Shown here piece after piece: positions 26,950 to 37,780 of a stretch of 38,377 nucleotides of DNA. Origin of the DNA: Armatimonadia bacterium (lineage in GTDB: Bacteria; Armatimonadota; Zipacnadia; Zipacnadales; UBA11051); the NCBI GenBank assembly GCA_039683575.1, contig JBDKRC010000054.1:1-38377 (forward strand), given 5' to 3'. The notes under the pieces were generated by a model. It saw only the letters and a list, made by a program, of their open reading frames with translations. It ran no database searches and was not told the DNA's origin. Numbering within the stretch: the first letter of the stretch is position 1; each line of letters begins with the position of its first letter. The position numbers and the translations under genes are program-made.

Positions 26950-27237
26950 CTAGAGATACTCACTCTCGCTGCTCTCAACCACCGCCCGGGGCTCACTTTC
27001 GATGAAGTTGAGCACCGTATCAAGCATCCGAGTGACGTGCTGCAGGTCATTTCCCACCGTCGTGGCTGCAATGACCGCCCGCCGGTGGTTGTCGAGCGCG
27101 TCAATCTCCGCCACCGCCACGTTGAACTTGTTACTCACCCGCGAGAGCAGGCTCGACACCACGCTCCGCTTATCCTTCAGAGACATGGCATCAGGAACGT
27201 AAAGTTCAACCGTCAGTAACCCCACAATGGCATTCAT
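26950..27237 (-). CDS. ylxP: DUF503 family protein (YlxP-like)
   Basis: SLKDKRSVV, KFNVAVAEI; located between infB and rbfA. Confidence 0.88.
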   Translation of the reverse strand: MNAIVGLLTVELYVPDAMSLKDKRSVVSSLLSRVSNKFNVAVAEIDALDNHRRAVIAATTVGNDLQHVTRMLDTVLNFIESEPRAVVESSESEYL

Positions 27238-27273
27238 GGCTTTAGCGCGGGACTCTTACCCCGCCGTACGCTA

Positions 27274-29328
27274 TTAGGCAGTCCGCGCCGGCATCTTCCG
27301 CTCGGTAGCGACTTGCATCGTCGCTTCCACGACATCTCCCGGCTTCCAGCCGCGGTAGTCGCCGGAGGCGATACCACACTCGCTCGGCGCCTGCACCAGT
27401 GACACGTCCTGGTTGAAGTGCCGCAACGAGGTCAGCTTGCCGCGGAAGATCTCCTGCCCGTCGCGAGTTACCACGATGTCGGCGTTCGGTCGCAACTCGC
27501 CATCCTGGACGCGCGACCCGGCGACAAAGCCCACACGGGAGATCTTGAAGATCTGCAGGACCTCGGCTTTGCCGAGGTACTTGGTCTCGATGACGGGCTC
27601 GAGCATGCCGTAGGCAGCCGCCCGGAAGTCATCCAGCACCTGGTAGATGATGCGGTAGGTGCGGACTTCCACACCCTCATTGGCCGCCGCTGCCATGACC
27701 GCGGCATCGGCTTCAACATGGAAGCCAACCACGATGGCCTTGGAGGCTGTGGCCAACAGGACATCGGACTCAGTCACAGCACCCACACCGGTGTGCAGGA
27801 TGTTGACCTTGACTTCGTCCAGCTCGTCGTTGAGCTGCAGCAGCGAGCTCTCCAGAGCCTGTGCCGAACCCCACGCGTCTGCCTTGATGATTACGTTGAG
27901 GTCCTTGACCATGCCGCCTTGCAGCGTGTGGTAAAGCTCACGCAGGGCCGTTCCCTGCGCGCCAACCATGTCACGGTCGCGCTGTTGCATGGCATTGCGC
28001 TCGGCTATGACGCGCGCTTCCTTCGGGTTGGGAGCCTTGATCATCAGGTCGCCAGACTCCGGCACGTCCGACAGGCCGATGACCTCAGCCGGATGCCCCG
28101 CCTCGACGCTCTTGATGGTCTTGCCAAGCCAGTTGCGGAGCCGTCGCACGCGCCCATGAGCGGTGCCGCAGACCACGACGTCGCCGACCTTCAGGCTTCC
28201 GTTGCGCACGAGCACCGTCGCCACCGGCCCCTGGCTCTGATCCAGGCGCGCCTCGACGACGATACCAGCCATGTCAGCGTTCGGGTCGGCCCACAGTTCC
28301 TGAACTTCAGTGACGATGTGCAGGATCTCCAGCAAGTCATCGAGGCCCTGACCGGTCTTGGCGGAGATCGGGACCACAACAGTGCTGCCGCCCCACTCTT
28401 CGGGAACCAGTTCGTGCTCCAGCAACTGCTGCTTGACGCGGTCCACGTTGGAGTCCGGCAGGTCCACCTTGTTGACTGCGACCACGATCGGAACGTTCGC
28501 GGCCTTGGCGTGGTTGATGGCCTCTACCGTCTGCGGCATGATGCCGTCATCCGCCGCCACGATGATAACCGCCACATCAGTGATCTGCGCTCCACGGGCC
28601 CGCATCGCCGTGAAGGCGGCGTGGCCCGGAGTGTCGAGGAACACCAGCGGCTTGTTGTCATGTACAATCTCGGAGGCACCGATATGTTGGGTAATCCCGC
28701 CGGCCTCGCCCGCCGCGACCTGCGTGCTGCGCAGCGCGTCCAGCAGACTTGTCTTGCCGTGGTCGATGTGCCCGAGCACGGTCACAACCGGGGGAACGTC
28801 AATGGCGTCGGGAGGACGGTTGCCAGAGGGGCGCTTTGCCATGTCGGGGATGGACTTGACAAGCTGCGTCTCCTGCTCGACCGACTTCTCCTGCATGGCC
28901 GCCAGATGCTCTTCCAGTTCCATGAGGCCTTCATGCAGGCGAGGCGGCCCACCCGGCAGACGCCCTTCGCGCTCTTTGCGCTCCCGCTCTTCTTTGTCCT
29001 TGGCGGCGCGTTCGGCAGGCGTCGGGGTGGGTACCGGGGCCTTCTCCGGAGCTTTCTTCTCCTCGACGGGAGGCGCGACAACCGCTACAGGCTTGGTGGC
29101 GGCAGCGGCTGCCTTCGCCGCAGCTTCTTCCTCGACCCGCTCTTCCTCCTGTGCCTTCGCCTTTACCGCCTGCTCATTGATGATCTCACGTACCGTATTC
29201 GCCGTTTCCTCATCAATGGCGGACGCCTTGGTGACGTTCTCGACACCAAGCTTGGACAGAGCGGCCAGCAGAGCTTCGGTCTGCAAGCCCATCTCCTTGG
29301 CCAGTGAGAATACCCGTACTTTCGCCAA
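27274..29328 (-). CDS. infB: translation initiation factor IF-2
   Basis: [42 protein letters not shown] start after GGAGGT. Confidence 0.96.
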   Translation of the reverse strand: MAKVRVFSLAKEMGLQTEALLAALSKLGVENVTKASAIDEETANTVREIINEQAVKAKAQEEERVEEEAAAKAAAAATKPVAVVAPPVEEKKAPEKAPVPTPTPAERAAKDKEERERKEREGRLPGGPPRLHEGLMELEEHLAAMQEKSVEQETQLVKSIPDMAKRPSGNRPPDAIDVPPVVTVLGHIDHGKTSLLDALRSTQVAAGEAGGITQHIGASEIVHDNKPLVFLDTPGHAAFTAMRARGAQITDVAVIIVAADDGIMPQTVEAINHAKAANVPIVVAVNKVDLPDSNVDRVKQQLLEHELVPEEWGGSTVVVPISAKTGQGLDDLLEILHIVTEVQELWADPNADMAGIVVEARLDQSQGPVATVLVRNGSLKVGDVVVCGTAHGRVRRLRNWLGKTIKSVEAGHPAEVIGLSDVPESGDLMIKAPNPKEARVIAERNAMQQRDRDMVGAQGTALRELYHTLQGGMVKDLNVIIKADAWGSAQALESSLLQLNDELDEVKVNILHTGVGAVTESDVLLATASKAIVVGFHVEADAAVMAAAANEGVEVRTYRIIYQVLDDFRAAAYGMLEPVIETKYLGKAEVLQIFKISRVGFVAGSRVQDGELRPNADIVVTRDGQEIFRGKLTSLRHFNQDVSLVQAPSECGIASGDYRGWKPGDVVEATMQVATERKMPARTA

Positions 29329-29454
29329 AATAAGACACCTCCGCGGAATCTCCGCGTGCTTTCCGCCTCACCACCAGGCAACGTCAGGCGGTAACCCAAC
29401 CCGCCGTCACAATCATCATCTCACTCGGACGGGCGTCGCCCGCCTTACCTGAGT

Positions 29455-30723
29455 CTATTCGATCTCCGTCAGCGTCCCCTCGCCACCGCTGAGGAGCTCG
29501 CGCAGCATTGTCGCAACTTCCTCGGATACCGTGCTGGCGTGGCTGGAAACCTCCACGCCCTCTTCCTGCAGGATCTCCACGAGGTCCTTGCTCTCGACTT
29601 CCAGTTCCTTGGCCAGCTCGTAGATGCGGAACCGCTTCTCCTTGGGAGCCTCGGCCGCTGCAGCCGCCGCTGCGGCTTCCACTGCCGCCGCCTCGGGCGT
29701 TTCGGCCCACTGGCTCTCGCTGCGGATGTCGATGCGCCAGCCGGTGAGCTGCGCCGCCAGCCGCACGTTCTGTCCGCGCCGGCCGATGGCCAGTGACAAC
29801 TGGTTGTCCGGAGCGATGACCGTGGCCGACTGGTCTTCGAGGTTAGCGATGACCTGGCTCACGCGCGCCGGGCTGAGGGCGCTCTTGAGGTATTCGCGGA
29901 TGTCTTCGTTGTAGCGAACGATGTCAATCTTCTCGCCACGGAGCTCATCAACAATCGCCTGCACCCGCGCGCCGCGATGCCCGACGCATGCGCCGACAGC
30001 ATCCACCTGCGGGTCGGTTGAGACTACAGCGACTTTTGACCGTGCTCCGGGCTCACGGGCAACCGACTTGATCTGCACGATCCCGTCGAAGACTTCTGGC
30101 ACTTCGAGCTCGAACAGCCGCGTTACCAGCGCCGGATGGGTTCGCGATACGACAATCTGCGGCGTCTTGGTGGTTTTGCGGACGTCGAGCAGGTACACCT
30201 TGAGCCGGTCGTTGAAGCGGTACGGCTCGCCGGGGATCTGCTCATGCGCCGGCAGCAGCGCTTCGGCCCGACCCAACGCCACGAAGACGTTGCGGGCATC
30301 CTTGCGCTGCACTTCGCCGGTCACAACCTCACCCATGCGGTGGGAGAACTCGTCGAAGACGATCTCGCGCTCCGCTTCGCGAATCCGCTGCATGACCACC
30401 TGCTTGGCAGTCTGGGCGGCGATGCGGCCGAAGGTCGCGGTATCTACCTCGTGCTCTTCATAGCGCAAAAGCCCCGCAGCCTCGAGTTCCTCGAGGTCAA
30501 CCGGCTCGGCGCCCTCGGGTTGCTCAGGCAGAATCGGGGTCCTGACCATCAGACGCACCGTCCGCGCCGCCTGGTCAATCTGCAAGCGAACCTCTTCAGT
30601 TGACCCAAAGTGCTTGCGGTATGCCGACGCCATCGCCGCCTCTACCGTCTGCACCAGCGAGGCCATGGGAATGTCTTTTTCCTTCTGAAGCTGCTCGAGA
30701 GCCTCAATGAACTCTCCGTTCAT
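29455..30723 (-). CDS. nusA: transcription factor NusA with C-terminal IF2_N-like extension
   Basis: [13 protein letters not shown]1 domain, AREPG.RSKVAV, GEKIDI, LSLAIG..GQNVRLA..LTGW.IDI; ATG 30723 after GGGGAG. Confidence 0.95.
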   Translation of the reverse strand: MNGEFIEALEQLQKEKDIPMASLVQTVEAAMASAYRKHFGSTEEVRLQIDQAARTVRLMVRTPILPEQPEGAEPVDLEELEAAGLLRYEEHEVDTATFGRIAAQTAKQVVMQRIREAEREIVFDEFSHRMGEVVTGEVQRKDARNVFVALGRAEALLPAHEQIPGEPYRFNDRLKVYLLDVRKTTKTPQIVVSRTHPALVTRLFELEVPEVFDGIVQIKSVAREPGARSKVAVVSTDPQVDAVGACVGHRGARVQAIVDELRGEKIDIVRYNEDIREYLKSALSPARVSQVIANLEDQSATVIAPDNQLSLAIGRRGQNVRLAAQLTGWRIDIRSESQWAETPEAAAVEAAAAAAAAEAPKEKRFRIYELAKELEVESKDLVEILQEEGVEVSSHASTVSEEVATMLRELLSGGEGTLTEIE

Positions 30724-30788
30724 CAGCGTCAACTCCCCAATAATGATGGGAAAACCTTAGTTATCTCCGCACTTGGATCTCTATCTGC

Positions 30789-31271
30789 CTAGTCCGTCTC
30801 ATCCCACTCATGAAGCAAATGGGCCTGCTCCACAGTGTCCAGCGCCAGCGACCGGGGACCCTCATCCACCGCCACGACCACGTCCTCGCCCTCAAGGCCC
30901 TTGAGCTCTCCCCGCAGCGTCGCCCGCTTGCCCTCGGCATCCCGGTATGTCACCGCCACCTTACGCCCTGCAAACCTCGTGAAATCCTCGTCCCTCGTGA
31001 TCGGCCGATTCACCCCGGGCGATGACACCACCAGGTTATACCGTCCTGGCACGGGATCCAGTACGTCCAGCAGTACCGACAACCGCTCTGTGACATACTG
31101 GCAGTCAGCCGTCGTGACCCCGCCTGGCTTGTCAATGTATACCGATAGCGTCTGGTTCCCGGGCGGCCCCCCGAACTTCATCAGCACCAGTTCGTACCCG
31201 AAGTTGCGCAGCGTCCGCTCGACTTCTTCCTCGATCTGTTCCACCACGGGATGTTTTGGCGACTGCTTCAT
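30789..31271 (-). CDS. rimP: ribosome maturation factor RimP
   Basis: L.VYIDKPGGV...DC, Y.L.VSSPG..RP; first gene of the nusA operon. Confidence 0.92.
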   Translation of the reverse strand: MKQSPKHPVVEQIEEEVERTLRNFGYELVLMKFGGPPGNQTLSVYIDKPGGVTTADCQYVTERLSVLLDVLDPVPGRYNLVVSSPGVNRPITRDEDFTRFAGRKVAVTYRDAEGKRATLRGELKGLEGEDVVVAVDEGPRSLALDTVEQAHLLHEWDETD

Positions 31272-31284
31272 ATGCCCACCCCAC

Positions 31285-31321
31285 AAAACAAAAAGGAGTG
31301 GGCTCGTGCGACGCCCACTCC
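31285..31321 (-). promoter_or_regulatory. rimP leader terminator/attenuator hairpin
   Basis: Minus strand GGAGTGGGC-gtcgcacga-GCCCACTCC-TTTTTGTTTT between promoter and rimP start. Confidence 0.7.
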
Positions 31322-31355
31322 CAGGAAACGCCCTGAGAATGTTAACTACTCCGAT

Positions 31356-31384
31356 AGTATAACAGCCTGCCGTGGCAAATGCAA
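31356..31384 (-). promoter_or_regulatory. sigma70 promoter of the rimP-nusA-infB operon
   Basis: TTGCAT, 17 nt, extended -10 TGtTATACT. Confidence 0.7.
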
Positions 31385-31556
31385 CCCCTGCAGACCTATT
31401 TCTGCCCCCTGGCTCATGAAATGTTCAATATCCTGATTCAGATGTTATGAAAGCAGGAAATCAGAGCCAGGCAGGGAATACCCTCCTCCAGACATGGCCC
31501 AACCCTCGCTTACCTGGATGCGGTACCGTCGGCGATGATCGATGGAGGTGGTTTTG

Positions 31557-32942
31557 ATGGCAACCGAGGAAATGACTGCTGAACGCACCAGAGCCTTCTA
31601 CAAGTTCAAGGAGGCCGAGCAGCACGCAGCCAAGCATCACTACGAGCAGGCGATGAACTCCGCCCGCGACGCCCTGGAGGTTGACCCCACCTTCGTCGAG
31701 GTGCGTTTCTGGATTGCCGACCTGCACGTGCGTCTGGACAGCCCCCGCAAGGCCTCGCTCGAATACCAGGAGATCATCCACCAGAACCGGGATAATCAGC
31801 AGGCCTGGGAGAAGCTGCGCGCGATTGACCCCGCCTCCGCCGAACGCCTCGAGCGCCTCCACGACATTGCTCCGGATCCCTTTGTAGTACAACGCACCTC
31901 CGAGAATGCTGTCAGTGAAGACCTGGACGACCTTGGCGGCCTGGCGGATGAATTTGTGCCCGAGGAAGAAGAAATTCTCCCCCAACATGAGCCTGCGGAG
32001 TTCGACTCCCTCGAAGATCTCTCCGGTACTGACGCCATCAAGACGGAACTGCAGGAAGGCGTTGGGGCCATAGTGGGTGTAACCACGGCTGCGCCCGAAC
32101 CGCAGCCCTCGGGGCCGGCGGACTGGCTGTATGAGGAAGACCTGAAGTATCGCGACAAGATGGACCACAACCCGGTCTTCGCCAAGCTCCTGCCCAATAT
32201 CATGGAGTTCTGGAAAGACAGTGACTCCTGGGAAACGGCTATCAGCGGCTCAGTGCACCTCGATGAGCATCGCCATCCTGAGATAGTCCAGGTCTGCCAG
32301 GAAGCTGCAGACGCCCTCGGCGTGCCGCACTGGACAATGTATGTCTGCCCGGAGCGCCGCATGGTCTGCTGCATCACCCGTGGCGATCCGCCAACCATTT
32401 CGCTGACGACAGGTGTGATGAACAGTCTCTCCCATGCAGAACAACTCTTTGCCATAGGCCGCTTCAGCGCCATGGTTGCTGCTGGACATGTGCCATACCT
32501 GCAGATGACCATGATGGCTCTTGAGCGCAGCCCACGCAGCATCACCGACGTGGAAATCGACATGCTCGAACTGCTCAAGCACCACCACGGGGGCTGGGAC
32601 GCCGGCGTACATCGTGAGGACCGGATCAAGCTCGGAGCCCTCGCCCACGCCTGGCAGCAGCGCTCGGAGCTTTCGGCGGATCGCGGCGGACTGATCTGCT
32701 GCCGGGACCTCGAAGCTGCTCTGAACGGCATTGCCAAGACGACGGCCCATGACGCAACCGCGGCCAGTACGCTCACGTGGAAGGCCCTCGCGGAGAAGCA
32801 CAAGGGCGAGGATCCCGGCGCTCTGGCTGCCATACCACCGAAGGAAGACCCGTCACGGCACGAGGGGTACGCCGTCTATCGCATTCAGATGCTCAGATGG
32901 TGGGCCAAGACCCCGGCCGGGCAGGCCTATCTGACGGGGTAG
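31557..32942 (+). CDS. TPR-containing protein with degenerate M48-peptidase-like C-terminal domain
   Basis: TPR-like N-terminus (A...ALEVDP), acidic linker, I.LTTG, W...SELSADRGGL; no HExxH; ATG 31557 after GGAGGT. Confidence 0.75.
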   Translation: MATEEMTAERTRAFYKFKEAEQHAAKHHYEQAMNSARDALEVDPTFVEVRFWIADLHVRLDSPRKASLEYQEIIHQNRDNQQAWEKLRAIDPASAERLERLHDIAPDPFVVQRTSENAVSEDLDDLGGLADEFVPEEEEILPQHEPAEFDSLEDLSGTDAIKTELQEGVGAIVGVTTAAPEPQPSGPADWLYEEDLKYRDKMDHNPVFAKLLPNIMEFWKDSDSWETAISGSVHLDEHRHPEIVQVCQEAADALGVPHWTMYVCPERRMVCCITRGDPPTISLTTGVMNSLSHAEQLFAIGRFSAMVAAGHVPYLQMTMMALERSPRSITDVEIDMLELLKHHHGGWDAGVHREDRIKLGALAHAWQQRSELSADRGGLICCRDLEAALNGIAKTTAHDATAASTLTWKALAEKHKGEDPGALAAIPPKEDPSRHEGYAVYRIQMLRWWAKTPAGQAYLTG

Positions 32943-33026
32943 AAAGACGCGACCATCAACAACGGAGTCTGAGGTAAGCCACATCTGTGCTGCACAGGTG
33001 TTCGGCTGTAAAGGGCTCCGTCTTTA

Positions 33027-33035
33027 TGCTATACT
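33027..33035 (+). promoter_or_regulatory. extended -10 element upstream of the flippase
   Basis: TGcTATACT; no clear -35. Confidence 0.45.
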
Positions 33036-33192
33036 GATGCCGTAACTGGCACAGCGTTTGCACGGTAACTCATGCTCGTGCTATCCCCCGGTGTGCGGGC
33101 GGCTGTCCCAGAGTGGAACCGCGCCAGGCGCTCGTGCGCCTTCATGCCGCCTGCCTTCATCCGCAGCCTTTCATATCCGAGTTCACCAATCT

Positions 33193-34743
33193 ATGGCCGC
33201 TCCTTCACCTACAAGCGCGCACCGCAAGATCACCGAGATGCGCGTTACCACCGCTGTGCTCATCATCGGCGGCAGCTCCTATTTCAGCATGCTCGCCGGA
33301 GTGCTGCGCTCGATCATCGTGATGCGCCTCATCGGCCCCCATGCCCAGGGCATCCGCCGGATCGTTGATATTGGGATCAAGTACCTCTTCAATGCCCACC
33401 TGGGCATCCTCCACGGTACCAACAAGGCTGTCTCCATCTATATTGGCAAGGGCGACGAGTCGCGGGTAGAAGAGGTCGAGGATGTCGGCATCACCTGGAC
33501 CATCGGCCTGACGGTCATCGCCGCGGTCGGCATGGCCATCTACGGCCTCACCAACCCCACCGGCGACATCACCAAGGCTGTCGCCATCATCATCGGCGCT
33601 GGTTGGCTTCTGGCCCAACAGACCTATACCCTCTATCGCACCATTATCCGCGCCTGGGGTAATTTCGGCGCGCTGGGCATCGTCGGAGCCATTGACACCA
33701 TCGCCACTTTCGCCCTGACGATCCTCGGCGCGTGGAAGTACGGAGTGCTGGGCGCCATGGCCGGCACCCTCGCCGCCTGGTGCATCTCGCTGCTGTCGCT
33801 CCACCTCTTTGCCCCCCTGTACATCAGGCCGCGCTTCAAGCCTCGTGTGGCCCTGCGCCTCGCCCTAAGCGGCCTGCCCATTGCTGCGGTGATCTTCTCC
33901 GACACACTACTGCGCACCATTGATGGCGCCATCATCGGCCACTACCTCGGGGACTACAGCATGGGGCTCTACAGCGTGGCCATGCAGATGGCGGCGTACC
34001 TGTTCGCCATCCCCGAATCCGCCGGGTTTGTGATCTGGCCGCGCATCTTGCAGGCCTATGGCGCCGCCGATCGCGATCCGGATGAGCTTCGTCGCCAGAT
34101 AGTCATGCCCACCCTGGTCTCGGCCTTCTTCATGCCCTTCATCGCCGGTCTCGCCTATGTGATGCTGCCACCCCTTGTGAGCGGCATTCTGCCGCAGTTC
34201 GCGCTATCAACCGGCGCCGCTCAGACCCTGGCAATGGCAAGCGTCTTCCTCGCCCTGCCCATGGCCACCAACAGCCTCCTGATTGCCAATAACCGTGAGT
34301 TCATGGCCGTGGTCGTAAAGCTCATCGGTGCGGGCGTCAGCGGGATTGGCTGTCTCTATTTCGTCCGAAACCACGGCACACTGGAGCAACTGGCCGCCGC
34401 GGCGAGCGTCGGGTACGCCTTGACCGCAGTTGCCAGCCTGGCAGTGGTGCTACCGCGCTACGCGCAGGGCTTCTACCAGACCGCCAAGCTCTTCATCTTT
34501 GCGCTCGCCCCGTTCGTCTACGCCTGTGCCGTTCTCTACCTTTCCTACCTTACGGCCAGCATCTTCGTGGCGCCTTCCCCGGGGAGCTGGACGTGGACCA
34601 TCACCCGCGTGCTGGTCTTCACTCTTCTGATGATCCCGCTGTTGTCCTACGGCAACCGCAAGACCCTGTTACTCACGCAACTCAGCCTCATGTACAACTC
34701 CCGCAGACGCAAGAGAGGGCACCACAATGAAACCAACGATTGA
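33193..34743 (+). CDS. oligosaccharide flippase/MOP-superfamily membrane protein (start 33193 or 33238)
   Basis: About 12-14 hydrophobic segments; RLIGP...G, SGLP, TID..IIGHYLG....GLYSVA, VIWPR pattern of Wzx-like exporters. Confidence 0.75.
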   Translation: MAAPSPTSAHRKITEMRVTTAVLIIGGSSYFSMLAGVLRSIIVMRLIGPHAQGIRRIVDIGIKYLFNAHLGILHGTNKAVSIYIGKGDESRVEEVEDVGITWTIGLTVIAAVGMAIYGLTNPTGDITKAVAIIIGAGWLLAQQTYTLYRTIIRAWGNFGALGIVGAIDTIATFALTILGAWKYGVLGAMAGTLAAWCISLLSLHLFAPLYIRPRFKPRVALRLALSGLPIAAVIFSDTLLRTIDGAIIGHYLGDYSMGLYSVAMQMAAYLFAIPESAGFVIWPRILQAYGAADRDPDELRRQIVMPTLVSAFFMPFIAGLAYVMLPPLVSGILPQFALSTGAAQTLAMASVFLALPMATNSLLIANNREFMAVVVKLIGAGVSGIGCLYFVRNHGTLEQLAAAASVGYALTAVASLAVVLPRYAQGFYQTAKLFIFALAPFVYACAVLYLSYLTASIFVAPSPGSWTWTITRVLVFTLLMIPLLSYGNRKTLLLTQLSLMYNSRRRKRGHHNETND

Positions 34744-35803
34744 CCTGCTGCGCGAAATCAGCGAACTCGACGGCCCGTCCGGGTTCGAGGCCCCCGTTGC
34801 CCGCTATGTGGCCGAGAACCTCGAAGGTCTCGGCGAGATCAGCCGTGACAACCTCGGCAGCGTCATCTGCCGCAAGGAGGGCCAGGGCTCGTGCCGCGTC
34901 ATGATCGCCGGCCACATGGACGAGATCGGCTTCATGGTCAAGCTGGTTACCAAGGAGGGCTTCGTCAAGTTCGCCCCCCTCGGCGGCTGGTGGAGCCAGG
35001 TCCTGCTTGCCCAGCGTGTTCGCATCCTCACCAACAAGGGCCCTGTTCTGGGCATCGTGGGCAGCAAGCCGCCTCACCTGCTCCGGGCCGACAAGCGCAA
35101 TGACGTCGTCGACATGAACGATATGTTCATTGATGTCGGCGCCACGGACAAGGACCAGGCCCAGGACGCCTTCGGCATTCTGCCCGGCGACTGCATCGTC
35201 CCCGAAAGCGCCTTCGCGCGAATGTCCGACCCGGACATGCTGCTCGGCAAGGCCTGGGACAACCGCGCGGGTGTGGCCATGTTCATGGAAACCCTCGACC
35301 GTCTCTCCGGCCTGGATCACCCCAACACCGTCTACGGGGCCGGCACCGTTCAGGAGGAAGTCGGCCTCCGCGGCGCCCAGACGGCTGTGGACGCCATCAA
35401 GCCGAACGTGGCCCTGATTGCCGAGACGGCCATCTCGGGCGACATGCCTGGCATCGAAGAGCACGAGTCTCCCGTCAAAATGGGCCAGGGCCCAGTCATC
35501 TACGTTCTCGATGGCAGCATGATCCCCAACCTCCGCCTCCGCGACCTGGCCATCGCCACCTGCAAGGAACTCGGACTGCCTTATCAGACCACCGTCCTCA
35601 CCGGCGGGGGAACCGACGGCGGGCGCATACATGTTTATGCTACCGGAGTTCCGAGCCTTGTCATCGGCGTACCCACCCGGCACATCCACAGCCATGCCGC
35701 AATCATGCATCTGCGCGACTACCAGCAGTGCGTTGACCTGATGACCGGTCTTTGCCAGCGGCTGGACGAGGCCACGGTAGCTTCCCTGACCGCCGCCATG
35801 TAA
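34727..35803 (+). CDS. M42 family metallo-aminopeptidase
   Basis: GPSGFE, AGHMDEIGF, KAWDNRAG, TVQEEVGLRGA, GGTDGG, RHIHS. Confidence 0.93.
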   Translation: MKPTIDLLREISELDGPSGFEAPVARYVAENLEGLGEISRDNLGSVICRKEGQGSCRVMIAGHMDEIGFMVKLVTKEGFVKFAPLGGWWSQVLLAQRVRILTNKGPVLGIVGSKPPHLLRADKRNDVVDMNDMFIDVGATDKDQAQDAFGILPGDCIVPESAFARMSDPDMLLGKAWDNRAGVAMFMETLDRLSGLDHPNTVYGAGTVQEEVGLRGAQTAVDAIKPNVALIAETAISGDMPGIEEHESPVKMGQGPVIYVLDGSMIPNLRLRDLAIATCKELGLPYQTTVLTGGGTDGGRIHVYATGVPSLVIGVPTRHIHSHAAIMHLRDYQQCVDLMTGLCQRLDEATVASLTAAM

Positions 35804-35834
35804 GGCGGCTGGCCAGCCGACTCCTATGCCGCGC

Positions 35835-35895
35835 GCAGGCCGGGCGTCTCGCCCGGCTGATCCACTATTTCCGTTGGACGGGCGTCTTTCCCGTC
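35835..35895 (+). repeat. REP-like hairpins related to the 13241 units
   Basis: GCAG-GCCGGGCG-TCT-CGCCCGGC (35835-35857) and degenerate gacgggcgtctttcccgtc (35877-35895). Confidence 0.6.
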
Positions 35896-35918
35896 TCCGA
35901 CTGCAGGGGAGTACCATC

Positions 35919-36982
<1,064 letters not shown>

Positions 36983-36986
<4 letters not shown>

Positions 36987-37714
36987 TCGCGTCTGGCAGG
37001 CGAAAGATACAAAGGCGTGCCGCTTTCACCCTAATCGAACTTCTCGTTGTCATTGGCATCATCGCCATACTGGCCGCGATACTGTTTCCCGTCATCGCCA
37101 AGGCTCGCGAGGCCGGCCGCAAAACGGTTTGCGCCTCGAACCTCCGCCAGATCGGCACCGCGTTTGCCATGTACACTGGCGACTATGACGAGTGCTTTCC
37201 GAACACTGGAGACCCGATGCTGTGGATGGGGCGGCGCTGGCGCTGGCCGCTGCAGCCGTACCTGGCCTTCGGCGCCCGGCGCGACCCGGTAGACCCGACG
37301 AACCCTAACATCTCAACCGGTCGTGGCGTTGACATCCTGGTCTGCCCGTCTGATGCCACGGCCCCGGGCGTATGGGACGCGACGTCCTACGCTTACGCGG
37401 CCTGCTTCTACCACACGCCGCAGCAGGTCAACGCCATGGCCACCACTGACCTGTACGGGGCGACGACCGTGGGCTGCGTCTCACAATCCCTGGCCCAAGT
37501 GGCATATCCCGCCCGCAAGGCGCTCGCTTCCGAGTGGCTCAGCAACCACAATCCGCCGGCGGTAGGCTGGTGGCAGTCGGGCGGCGCCCGCAACTACCTG
37601 TTCGTCGATGGCCACGTGAAGTATCTGCAAGCCAGTGCTATCCTGCCCGCAGGAAACAACTATCCGGACATAAACCTGACACGCGACGGCCTCCAGGGCT
37701 TCGACATCGACTAA
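36983..37714 (+). CDS. prepilin-type N-terminal cleavage/methylation protein, DUF1559-like
   Basis: [52 protein letters not shown] overlap with moxR stop. Confidence 0.88.
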
Positions 37715-37733
37715 GCTGTCGTCCCCCGTCGGC

Positions 37734-37761
37734 CTGTTTTCCGTTCTCTGTTCTCTGTTTT
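37734..37761 (+). repeat. four pyrimidine-rich heptamer tandem repeats
   Basis: ctgtttt ccgttct ctgttct ctgtttt. Confidence 0.6.
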
Positions 37762-37780
37762 CGCCGTGATCTCTCACACC

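Noticed and set aside
27418-29307. 629-aa plus-strand ORF and similar long antisense ORFs (225-1310, 2358-3527, 18930-20327, 22442-23542, 25541-26608, 34688-36001, 35865-36896)
   Set aside because: Antisense shadows of well-supported genes, expected in high-GC DNA, with no recognisable motifs
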